64,000 nucleotides of DNA from a virus (lineage: Duplodnaviria > Caudoviricetes), in the IMG/VR virus record IMGVR_UViG_3300015607_001184, positions 4,082 through 68,081 of that record, one strand, 5' to 3'. Numbering within the stretch: the first letter of the stretch is position 1; each line of letters starts with the position of its first letter. A program made the translations under genes and the position numbers. Below, piece by piece: positions 16,974 through 25,370 of the stretch. The notes beneath the pieces are model-generated. The model was not told the DNA's origin, ran no database searches, and saw only the letters and a program-made list of their open reading frames with translations.

Positions 16974-17954
16974 GTGCTCATCACGCACGCCAAGAGCCTG
17001 ACGGTATCACCGGCGACGGGCACGCTGACCATCTGGAACGGCGGCACGACATCGTCGATTGCCGCATCCGATGTCATCCAGCCGAACGACTGGAACTCGC
17101 AGCACGCGCTGTCGTTCGTCTTTGGCGGGAACACGACCAACATCTCATCGGTATCGGGAACGCAGGTTCCTTTTGCCGCGACTGGCGGCGTTTCCATCGG
17201 CGCAAGCAATGGGTCGCTGCTGATCTCGGCGCCGATAAATGTCACCGTGTCGACCTACTCCCCCTACTTCCCGGCATCGACCTCGTCGCAGACGCATGGG
17301 GCGATGGGGACCAGCACGGCGAGAGCTCTGGTTTTCCCAGTTCCTGTGTACCAAGACGTTGCGTTCAATGCTCTCCGGATCATTCAATCCGCATCATATG
17401 TCACGTCTACCGTCTCTGGAAGGCAGACGATCACGTCTGCTTATGGCATCTATAGCAACAATGGCGGCACTCTAAGCCTTATATCGTCAGGATCGCATTC
17501 CATTGCGATGACGGTATCATCCGTCAGCGCGACAATATCTCTTCCGACATCTTCAAATTCTGCCGGATACACATACGGAAGCGTCTCGATCACGGCTACC
17601 GCGCAAGGCCAATCCCTGATCGGGACGGCCGGGAACCGCGTTGCCGATCTCGTCTTCGGCAACACGCTCAGCCTGTCTCCGGGCATCTACTGGGTGGGCG
17701 TTCATCAGAGGCAAAGCTCCTCGTCTGCGAACGTCGGTATCTCGACCGCTCTTGTCGGAAACGCCATGAACGCCACGAGCGGCGTCGGGCCAATGGGCTC
17801 GTCAACGGCGGCGTTTACGAATAATTCGGCCTATCACCTCGGCGCGCACGGCTTCTACACAGCTACCAGCACCACGCTGCCTTCTGCGATGTCGCTCACG
17901 GGTGTATCAAATGCCGTGAACGTCATGCCGATGATCACTCTCTTGAGCACCTGA
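16974..17954 (+). CDS. Ser/Thr-rich virion protein (tail appendage candidate)
   Basis: GTG start; P.DWNSQH N-terminal motif; very S/T-rich; 3' two-thirds with atypical codon usage. Confidence 0.6.
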   Translation: MLITHAKSLTVSPATGTLTIWNGGTTSSIAASDVIQPNDWNSQHALSFVFGGNTTNISSVSGTQVPFAATGGVSIGASNGSLLISAPINVTVSTYSPYFPASTSSQTHGAMGTSTARALVFPVPVYQDVAFNALRIIQSASYVTSTVSGRQTITSAYGIYSNNGGTLSLISSGSHSIAMTVSSVSATISLPTSSNSAGYTYGSVSITATAQGQSLIGTAGNRVADLVFGNTLSLSPGIYWVGVHQRQSSSSANVGISTALVGNAMNATSGVGPMGSSTAAFTNNSAYHLGAHGFYTATSTTLPSAMSLTGVSNAVNVMPMITLLST

Positions 17955-18670
17955 TGAAGCCAGAACTCGTCATGCTCTCCCCCTCCGGGCGCAACAACGA
18001 GGGGATCGAAGAGTCCTTCCAGCGCATCCTTGAGGGGGCGACGTGGAAGAAGCAGCGCGTGATCGTCATCATCCCGGCGGGAAAGGACATCCCGACGAAG
18101 GTGGCGCTCAGCCATTGGAACCTGATCTTCCCGCCCAACCAGCCCGTTGCCAAGCTGGCGGCCATCGGCATGGAGGTTGGGCAGGCATACTCTCTGGCCA
18201 TCGAGAGCGTGCTCAATCACTCGGAACTCTCGCAGTGGGAGTTCATCCTGACGGTGGAGCATGACAATGCGCCCCCGGCGGACGGCGTTCTGCAGCTGAT
18301 CAGGCAAATGGAGGCTCACCCGGAGTTTGCCTGCATCGGAGGCCTGTACTGGACGAAGGGGGAGGGCGGCGTGCCCCAGATCTGGGGCGACCCAGCGGAC
18401 CCCGTCCTCAACTTCCGGCCGCAGGCGCCGCGCCCCGGCGAGCTGCAGGAGTGCAATGGCACCGGCATGGGATTCAATTTGTGGCGCATTTCGATGTTCA
18501 AGGACGAGCGCATTGCCCGCCCGTGGTTCACCACCAAGGCCAGCATCGAGGGTGTCGGGACGCAGGATCTGGCCTTCTGGTCGGAGGCGAAGAAGCACGG
18601 CTACCGGTGCGCCATCGATAACTCCGTTCTGGTCGGGCATTGGGAAAAAGAGCGGGGGATCATGTGGTGA
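17954..18670 (+). CDS. GT-A fold (family 2-like) glycosyltransferase
   Basis: ILTVEHD (DxD-like), GTGMGFNLW, PWF, TQDLAFW..A..GY..AID.SV.VGH. Confidence 0.8.
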   Translation: MKPELVMLSPSGRNNEGIEESFQRILEGATWKKQRVIVIIPAGKDIPTKVALSHWNLIFPPNQPVAKLAAIGMEVGQAYSLAIESVLNHSELSQWEFILTVEHDNAPPADGVLQLIRQMEAHPEFACIGGLYWTKGEGGVPQIWGDPADPVLNFRPQAPRPGELQECNGTGMGFNLWRISMFKDERIARPWFTTKASIEGVGTQDLAFWSEAKKHGYRCAIDNSVLVGHWEKERGIMW

Positions 18671-19209
18671 AGCTTTGCCTCGATTTCGGCTGCGGACCCA
18701 ACCCCAGAGAGGGCTTTGAAGGCGTCGACCAGTACCCCTTCGACGGCAAGGTGAAGCATGTCTGCGACCTGACGGACCCCCGCAGCTGGGAGCGCTGGGA
18801 AACCGATTCCGTCGATGAGGCGCACGCCTCGCACTTCGTCGAGCATCTTGAGCCGGAAGAGCGCACCCTGTTTTTCAACGAGGTGTGGCGCATCCTGAAG
18901 CCGGGCGCGCAGGTCACTATCATCACTCCGTTCTGGGCCTCGGGGCGCGCCTATGGCGACCTGACGCACAAATGGCCTCCGGTGTCGGAGATGTTCTATT
19001 TCTACCTTAACCGTGACTGGAGAAAGGTGAACTCTCCGCACTATGACTTCGACACGGTCGGCGTCGGCTTCAAATGCCACCTGACCGGGAAGTGGGGCTA
19101 CGCCCCGCACGAGGAGCTGAAGACCCGGAACCCGGAATACGGGCAGTTCGCGGTGCAGTGGTACAAGGAGGCTGCTCAGGATCTGCACGCCACCCTGACC
19201 AAGGAGTAG
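18667..19209 (+). CDS. Class I SAM-dependent methyltransferase
   Basis: LDFGCG motif I, GVD, SVDEAHASHFVEHL, EVWRILKPGA; GTG start overlapping GT stop. Confidence 0.85.
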   Translation: MKLCLDFGCGPNPREGFEGVDQYPFDGKVKHVCDLTDPRSWERWETDSVDEAHASHFVEHLEPEERTLFFNEVWRILKPGAQVTIITPFWASGRAYGDLTHKWPPVSEMFYFYLNRDWRKVNSPHYDFDTVGVGFKCHLTGKWGYAPHEELKTRNPEYGQFAVQWYKEAAQDLHATLTKE

Positions 19210-19219
19210 GGGGTGCGAT

Positions 19220-20872
19220 GTGCCGATCAGCCTTGTTCAAAGGGGGTCTGAGGGGCGGCAGGCTGGCGTAAGCAGCGTCACGTCCGTCTTCTCGGCGAAC
19301 CCGGCTGTCGGCAGCAAAATCATCGTCACGGTGGCGATGTGGAACAGCGTGGCTGGCGTCACCGGATCCGTCGCAGACAATTACAGCAACACCTATACCC
19401 AACGCTCCTTCATCGCCAACACCGACAATGGGCGGCTGGAGATCTGGGAGGCCGATGTCACAACGACCGGGGCGACCTTCACGGTCACCCTGACCGCTTC
19501 CCTAAGCTCCAGCGAAATGAACTGCGTGGCGCTGGAATATAGCGGCGTCGGGTCATTCGACCTGCAGGCGACGAATAACGTCGCGGCAGCCGGGACATCG
19601 ATCAGCGTCGGCCCGACCGCGAACCTAGCCAACGACGAATCGCTGGCGGTGACGCTGGCCACCGAACTCGGCAACAGCAACGCCGCCTATCAGACACCGT
19701 CCACTTTCACGACGATCATCATCCAGAACGACAGCTCGACCGTCTATTCATACGGATCGGCCTACCAGATCACGCAATCGGCCGTCCCGCTCAACCCGAC
19801 GTGGACGATGACCAACCAGACCGACAGGGCGTGCATTCTGGCGGTCTTCTCGCGCGGCCCGGCTACCTACAACGTTTCGATCACGGAGAATATCGGGGCG
19901 ATCTACGAGACGCTGGGGCTCTATGGCGCCACGCTTGGCCAACCATGGCAGCCCAACGCTTTCGGCATCTTCCCTCAGGCCACAGGCGGCACGATCTTCA
20001 ACGTCTCGATCTCCGAGAGCATCGGGACGATTGCCGAGACGATCACCAATACGGCAGTGTTTCAGGTATCGCTTTCCGAGCCCATCGGCACCATCGCCGA
20101 AAGCCAGAGCAACACCGGGACGTTCGGCCATTCGATCAGCGAGCCCATCGGGACGATTTCCGAAACGCAGTCGGCGCAGGCGTCGTTCGCGTCCTCCCTC
20201 ACGGAGAACATCGGCACCATCGCAGAGAGCGCGCAGGGCGCGGCCACCTATCAGGTGACGATCTCCGAGCCCATCGGCACCATCGCAGAGACGGTCGCCA
20301 GCGGGTCGCTGTACTCGGTCACCATCACCGAAAGCGTCGGCACCATCGCCGAAACACAGACCGGGCCAGCCACCTTCGCCTCGTCCGTCACTGAGAACGT
20401 CGGGTCCATCGCCGAGAGCCAGAGCAACACCGGCAGCTTCAATCATTCCGTGTCCGAATCGATTGGTACGGTGGCCGAGACGCAGACATCTCAGGCCGTC
20501 TTCGCGTCGGCTGTGAGCGAGGCGGTCGGCACCATCGCCGAGACGCAGACGGGCCCGGCCACCTTCCAGAGCGCGGTGACGGAGGGCGTCGGCACCATCG
20601 CCGAGACGCAAACCGCGCAGGCCTCTTTCTCGTCTTCCGTGAGCGAGAGCATCGGATCCATCGCCGATGCCGTGGCCGTCGCGGGCGGCAGCGTGTTCAA
20701 TGTCACCATCACCGAAAGCATGGGCGTCATCACCGACACGACCAACGCGACAGGCGGCGGCGGGTCAACTTCGTTCTACGAACTGGGAGGCGACACGGTG
20801 ACAGAGAAATATCTGCCCGCCGAGACGCTGCAGCAGCCCGACTATCTGCTTAAGAAGACGCGGGGGACCTAG
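19220..20872 (+). CDS. Tail/appendage protein with 13 imperfect 21-aa repeats
   Basis: N-terminal beta domain then repeats of type F.xSISEPIGTIAETQ. Confidence 0.7.
   Translation: MPISLVQRGSEGRQAGVSSVTSVFSANPAVGSKIIVTVAMWNSVAGVTGSVADNYSNTYTQRSFIANTDNGRLEIWEADVTTTGATFTVTLTASLSSSEMNCVALEYSGVGSFDLQATNNVAAAGTSISVGPTANLANDESLAVTLATELGNSNAAYQTPSTFTTIIIQNDSSTVYSYGSAYQITQSAVPLNPTWTMTNQTDRACILAVFSRGPATYNVSITENIGAIYETLGLYGATLGQPWQPNAFGIFPQATGGTIFNVSISESIGTIAETITNTAVFQVSLSEPIGTIAESQSNTGTFGHSISEPIGTISETQSAQASFASSLTENIGTIAESAQGAATYQVTISEPIGTIAETVASGSLYSVTITESVGTIAETQTGPATFASSVTENVGSIAESQSNTGSFNHSVSESIGTVAETQTSQAVFASAVSEAVGTIAETQTGPATFQSAVTEGVGTIAETQTAQASFSSSVSESIGSIADAVAVAGGSVFNVTITESMGVITDTTNATGGGGSTSFYELGGDTVTEKYLPAETLQQPDYLLKKTRGT
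19867..20750 (+). repeat. Coding tandem repeat array, mostly 63-nt period
   Basis: Recurring ggcaccatcgccga(g/a)acg core; 13 peptide units counted by eye. Confidence 0.85.
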
Positions 20873-20916
20873 CGAATCCAAGCCATTAACGGCACGAAGG
20901 AAACGAGGAGTGCAGC

Positions 20917-21594
20917 ATGGCGGTCAGCGGAACGATCACGTTCAACCCCACGATGGCAGATTGCACGGTCAATGCTTTCGGGCGGCTGCTCATCAGGGCC
21001 GACCAGCTGACGCCGCAGCATCTGCGCGACGCGCGGTTCGAAGCCAACCTCCTGTGCCAGACGTGGCAGCAGAAGGGCGTCAACCTGTGGACCGTGGAGC
21101 TGCAGACCCTGACAACCGTGCAGGGCACGGCAACCTATACGCTGGCGGCCGGGACGATCAGCCTGCTCGACACCTACATCACGGCTGAAGGGCAGGACAT
21201 GGTGCTGCCGCCCGTCTCGCGCACCGACTATGCAAGTCAGCCGAATAAGACTCAGCAGGGGCGCCCGAACATGATGTGGGTGAACCGGCAGTCGCCGACG
21301 CCCACCATGACCCTGTGGCCGACCCCTGATGCGGCCTACGTCATCAGCTACTACCGCCTGCGGCAGCTGTACGACGTGAACCTCGACAGCACCGGCAACC
21401 CCGACGTGCCGCTGCGCTTCACCGACGCCTTCATCTCCGACCTGTCATGGCGGCTGTCGCGCCTGTGGCGCCCGGACCTTGAGGACAAGCGCAAGCAGGA
21501 CGCCATGGACTCGTGGAACCTTGCCTCCGGCGACGATGTCGAAGAGGGCATCCAGATGTTCATCTCGCCGTCCATCGGGGCCTACTTTCCATGA
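20917..21594 (+). CDS. Head-tail adaptor/connector protein
   Basis: MAVSGTITF, WQQKGVNLWT, QGRP..W..RQ....LWPTPD, DVP.RF.DA; RBS GAGGAG. Confidence 0.7.
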   Translation: MAVSGTITFNPTMADCTVNAFGRLLIRADQLTPQHLRDARFEANLLCQTWQQKGVNLWTVELQTLTTVQGTATYTLAAGTISLLDTYITAEGQDMVLPPVSRTDYASQPNKTQQGRPNMMWVNRQSPTPTMTLWPTPDAAYVISYYRLRQLYDVNLDSTGNPDVPLRFTDAFISDLSWRLSRLWRPDLEDKRKQDAMDSWNLASGDDVEEGIQMFISPSIGAYFP

Positions 21595-22124
21595 TCGTCT
21601 ACCGCGTGACCAACCGGCTGAACGGAGACGCCTACATCGGTGTCACCGGGCGCTCGGCCAAGCGCCGGTGGTGGGAGCATCGCCGCAACGCGCGGCGCGG
21701 CGAGCCGGGGCGGCTTTGTGACAGTATCCGCAAATGGGGCGAGGACGCCTTCACTATGGAGGTTGTCGCGCGCTTCTCGTCGAACGTCGAGGCGTGGGCC
21801 GCAGAGGTGCGTCTGATCGCCGACGAAGAGCCCGTTTTGAACATGGCACGAGGCGGCCACGGGAACGCCCGCCCGGCGTCACCCAAGACAAAAGCCAAGC
21901 TGGCCGAGGCGGCGCGAGGCAAAGCCTTCAACGGCTACGCCCACCTCGGACCCATAGCTACCGCCAAGGCTGTGCGCTGCGTCGATGACGGCATCGTCTA
22001 CCCAAGCGCAGCAGCGGCGGCTCGCGCATACGGCGCAAGACCGAACTGCGTATCGATGGTGTGCGCAAAAGTAAAATATCGCCATAGTGCTGCTGGCAGA
22101 CGTTTCGAATACGTGGAGGCTTAA
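21591..22124 (+). CDS. GIY-YIG homing endonuclease with NUMOD-type DNA-binding tail
   Basis: IVYRVTNRLNGDAYIGVT, RWWEHR, LN..GG, KAVRCVDDGIVYPSAAAAAR. Confidence 0.85.
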   Translation: MIVYRVTNRLNGDAYIGVTGRSAKRRWWEHRRNARRGEPGRLCDSIRKWGEDAFTMEVVARFSSNVEAWAAEVRLIADEEPVLNMARGGHGNARPASPKTKAKLAEAARGKAFNGYAHLGPIATAKAVRCVDDGIVYPSAAAAARAYGARPNCVSMVCAKVKYRHSAAGRRFEYVEA

Positions 22125-22126
22125 TC

Positions 22127-22390
22127 GTGGCTTGGAGACAGCACGGAAGGGCTAAGGTAAATGCCAGATGGCCTCAAGCATTCGCGATTTGCGACGCTTG
22201 CGGGTTCGTCTACAATTTGGTGGATCTGCGCTGGGGGCAGGAGTGGCAGGGGCCGAACCTCGTCAACAGGCGCATTCTGGTCTGCTCGGTCTGCATCGAC
22301 ACGCCGAACCCGCAGCTGCGGTCCATCACCCTCCCGGCGGACCCTCCGCCTATCGAAAACGCGCGCCCGCCGCGCTACTCGGTGACCTGA
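22127..22390 (+). CDS. Small Zn-finger protein of tail module
   Basis: ICDACG and VCSVCID Cys pairs, PNPQL, DP..IENARP. Confidence 0.7.
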   Translation: MAWRQHGRAKVNARWPQAFAICDACGFVYNLVDLRWGQEWQGPNLVNRRILVCSVCIDTPNPQLRSITLPADPPPIENARPPRYSVT

Positions 22391-22391
22391 C

Positions 22392-23030
22392 ATGGCGATG
22401 GACTACAACACCTACCTGACCCGTCTGGCGGCCATGGCGACCGCCTCGACGACCGACACCAAGTTCACGACCATCGTGCCAGCGGTCATCGACTATGCCG
22501 AGCAGCGCATGTATCGCGAGCTGCAGCTCGTCTCGACGCAGTCGCGCAATCAGGCCGGGCTCACGTCGTCCGGCGTCCGGACTTTCAATTTCCCGACACG
22601 CTTCGTCATCGCCGAGGCGATAAACCTGATCATCTCCAGCCAGCGCTTTCCGCTGATGCCAGCCAGCCGGGAATTCATCGACTTCGTGTACGGCACGGCA
22701 TCGAACGGCGTCCCGGTCTATTACGCTATGGAGACGGACCAGAGCATCTCTCTGGGGCCCACCCCGAACGGCGCCTATACGGTCGAGATCGTCGGCAGGG
22801 TCCGCCCCACGCCCCTGTCGTCCGGAACGCCGAACACCTTCCTGACGGACTACCTCCCGGACGCCTTCCTCGCCTGCTCGATGATCTTCTATTCGGGCTT
22901 CCAGAAGAATTTCGCGGCGCAGTCATCCAACCCGCAACAGGGCACCAGCTGGGAGGACCAGTACACGAAACTGATGGCCTCGGCGCAGGTCGAGGAATTG
23001 CGCAAGCGCTTCACCCAAGCGCCGCAGTGA
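22392..23030 (+). CDS. Tail adaptor/tubular protein
   Basis: IDYAEQRMYREL, GVPVYYA, LGPTPNGAYTVE, TFLTDYLPDAFL; position before hub. Confidence 0.65.
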   Translation: MAMDYNTYLTRLAAMATASTTDTKFTTIVPAVIDYAEQRMYRELQLVSTQSRNQAGLTSSGVRTFNFPTRFVIAEAINLIISSQRFPLMPASREFIDFVYGTASNGVPVYYAMETDQSISLGPTPNGAYTVEIVGRVRPTPLSSGTPNTFLTDYLPDAFLACSMIFYSGFQKNFAAQSSNPQQGTSWEDQYTKLMASAQVEELRKRFTQAPQ

Positions 23031-23038
23031 GGTGAGGC

Positions 23039-25102
23039 ATGGCATTCGGATCCCTTCGCCTTCGGCCGGGCGTGCAAGTTGAGGCGACGCCTGCCTTGAA
23101 CGAGGCGGGCGTCTCGGCAAGCCAGCTGATCCGCTTCCGCGACGGCCTGATCGAGAAACTGGGCGGCTGGACCAAATATTATGGCTACCCGTCCAGCGGG
23201 AAGATCCGGCACCTGCATGCATGGCAGGATCTGACGAAGGTCGGGCGCCTCGCCATCGCGGCCGAGCAGTCTCTGGTGTCGGCATCGAGCACCACGACGG
23301 GCGTCACCATCACGCCGCAGCGAACCACCTCGTCGATTGCCGTGGCCCTGTCGACCGTCAACGGGTCCCCCACGGTCACGGTGACCGACAACGCCTCCAA
23401 CATGACGACCAATGACGTGGTCGTCTTCCAGACGCCTGTCTCCGTCGGCGGCCTGATCATCTTCGGCGCCTATGCCGTCGCATCGAGCATCAGCGCGAAC
23501 CAGTACACGATCACGGCCACGGATCTGGTGCAGGGGTCGCCGACCTATGGCCAACCAAAGAACGCCACGTCGACCGTCGTCTCCGGCGGCGCGGTGCCAT
23601 CCTTCGCCACCACCAACGGCTCCTTCGAAGTCACGGTGACGCTGAACAACCATGGCCTGACGACGCCGGGCCAGATCGTCGCCTTCCCAGTGTCGACCAC
23701 CGGCGGCGGCGTGACGATCTACGGCACCTATTCGGTGATCACCGTCCCGGGCGCCAACACGTTCACGATCTATGTCTCCAACTCGGCCTCGTCGACGACG
23801 ACCTTCTCGATGAACGCCGGAAACGCCTATCTGGACCGCTGGATCGCCGTCGGCCCGGGAGCGGCCGGTTCGGGCTACGGCATCGGCGGCTATGGGTCCG
23901 GCGGCTACGGAACCGGTTCCCCGACGCCGGGCCACACCGGCACGCCGATCACCGCGACCGACTGGGATCTGGATAACTGGGGATCGTATCTGCTGGCGCA
24001 ACCTGCGCAGGGCCCGTGCTTCTGGTGGGACCCCGTCGGCGGCTTCCAGACGATGCGCATCATCACGAACGGGCCGATGATCGGAACCGGCATGTTCGTC
24101 GCCATGCCGCAGCGGCAGATTGTCGTCTACGGCGCCGAGCTGGGCGGCTATCAGGACCCGCTTCTGGTGCGCTGGTGCGACGTGGACGACTTCTCAAATT
24201 GGATCGCGTCCACGACCAATCAGGCGGGCTCCTACCGCATCCCGCGCGGATCCGGCATCATCTCCGGCATCCAGACATCCCAGCAGGCCCTGCTGTGGAC
24301 GGACCTTGCCCTGTGGTCGATGCAGTACCTCGACGGCCTCCTTGTATGGGGCTTCAACGAGATCGGCGCCGGGTGCGGCATCATCTCCAAGAAGGCCCGG
24401 GCCGCGCTTGGAGGGACCGTCTACTGGATGGGGCGCTCGCAGTTCTTCCGTTACTCGGGGTCTGGCGTCGAGCCGGTGGATTGCTCGGTTTGGGACGTGA
24501 TTTTCCAAGACCTAGACACCGACAACGCCAGCAAGATCCGCATGGGCGCGAACTCGATGTTCAACGAGATCGTGGTCTATTACCCATCCCTCTCCGGCGG
24601 AACGGGCGAGAACGACAAATATGTGAAGCTGAAGGCGACGACCGGAGAGTGGGACTACGGCACCCTCGCGCGCACGGCATGGATCGACCAGAACGTCCTT
24701 GGCCAGCCCTTTGGCGCCGGGACGGACGGTTTCACCTACCAGCACGAGAGCGGGCGCAACTCCGACATCAACGCCATGACCAGTTGGTTCGAAACGGGCT
24801 GGCTCATGCTCAACGAGGGCGAGCAGTTCACCTTTGTCGACTGGCTGCTGCCCGACTTCAAATGGGGGCTCTACAACGGGTCGCAGGACGCCGACATGCT
24901 GATCACGGTCAGCTGGGTCGAGTACCCTCAGGATGCGCCAAAGTCAGCCGGTCCATTCACGGTGACGCAGCTGACGCAGGCCATCACCGACATCCAGTTC
25001 CGTGCCCGGATGGTCAAGTTCAGGATCGAGTCGCAGGACATCAATTCGTTCTGGCGCATTGGCAACGTGCGCTACCAGTACGCCCCAGATGGAACGTGGT
25101 GA
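23039..25102 (+). CDS. Tail hub / packaged-DNA stabilisation protein (P22 gp10-like)
   Basis: IRFRDG..EK.GGW, DNWGSYL, LLVRWCD, AGSYRI..GS.I, WTD.AL.SMQY, YWMG..QFF.Y.G..V..VDC.V.D. Confidence 0.8.
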   Translation: MAFGSLRLRPGVQVEATPALNEAGVSASQLIRFRDGLIEKLGGWTKYYGYPSSGKIRHLHAWQDLTKVGRLAIAAEQSLVSASSTTTGVTITPQRTTSSIAVALSTVNGSPTVTVTDNASNMTTNDVVVFQTPVSVGGLIIFGAYAVASSISANQYTITATDLVQGSPTYGQPKNATSTVVSGGAVPSFATTNGSFEVTVTLNNHGLTTPGQIVAFPVSTTGGGVTIYGTYSVITVPGANTFTIYVSNSASSTTTFSMNAGNAYLDRWIAVGPGAAGSGYGIGGYGSGGYGTGSPTPGHTGTPITATDWDLDNWGSYLLAQPAQGPCFWWDPVGGFQTMRIITNGPMIGTGMFVAMPQRQIVVYGAELGGYQDPLLVRWCDVDDFSNWIASTTNQAGSYRIPRGSGIISGIQTSQQALLWTDLALWSMQYLDGLLVWGFNEIGAGCGIISKKARAALGGTVYWMGRSQFFRYSGSGVEPVDCSVWDVIFQDLDTDNASKIRMGANSMFNEIVVYYPSLSGGTGENDKYVKLKATTGEWDYGTLARTAWIDQNVLGQPFGAGTDGFTYQHESGRNSDINAMTSWFETGWLMLNEGEQFTFVDWLLPDFKWGLYNGSQDADMLITVSWVEYPQDAPKSAGPFTVTQLTQAITDIQFRARMVKFRIESQDINSFWRIGNVRYQYAPDGTW

Positions 25103-25153
25103 TGTCAGTCGCGTCCTACAATGTTCTAGAAACAAAATCAAAGGAACAAGAAC

Positions 25154-25363
25154 ATGCTTAATGACCTCGTGACCGCTTTGAAAAATGCAGTAACGGCCAT
25201 ATCGTTAATCAATCAGACGCTGCGCAGCGTCTTCCCCTACGCCACGGGGACATCATCGACCGCAACAGCCGGTGCCGCATCGCTTCCGGCAAATCCGGTC
25301 GGCTTCATCACGATCACCCTTCCCGACGGCACGTCGGCGAAGGTGCCGTACTACAACACTTGA
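25154..25363 (+). CDS. Small tail protein
   Basis: C-terminal LPANPVGFITI..G...KVPYY motif seen in phage tail proteins; RBS AAGGA. Confidence 0.55.
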   Translation: MLNDLVTALKNAVTAISLINQTLRSVFPYATGTSSTATAGAASLPANPVGFITITLPDGTSAKVPYYNT

Positions 25364-25370
25364 GGGCGGC

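Noticed and set aside
19867-20750. Regularly spaced DNA repeats that might be a CRISPR array
   Set aside because: Imperfect, in-frame coding repeats with synonymous variation; spacers are homologous to one another; no cas genes.
25102-25161. 19-codon minigene coupled to the hub stop codon
   Set aside because: Too short, no supporting features; may be AT-rich spacer.
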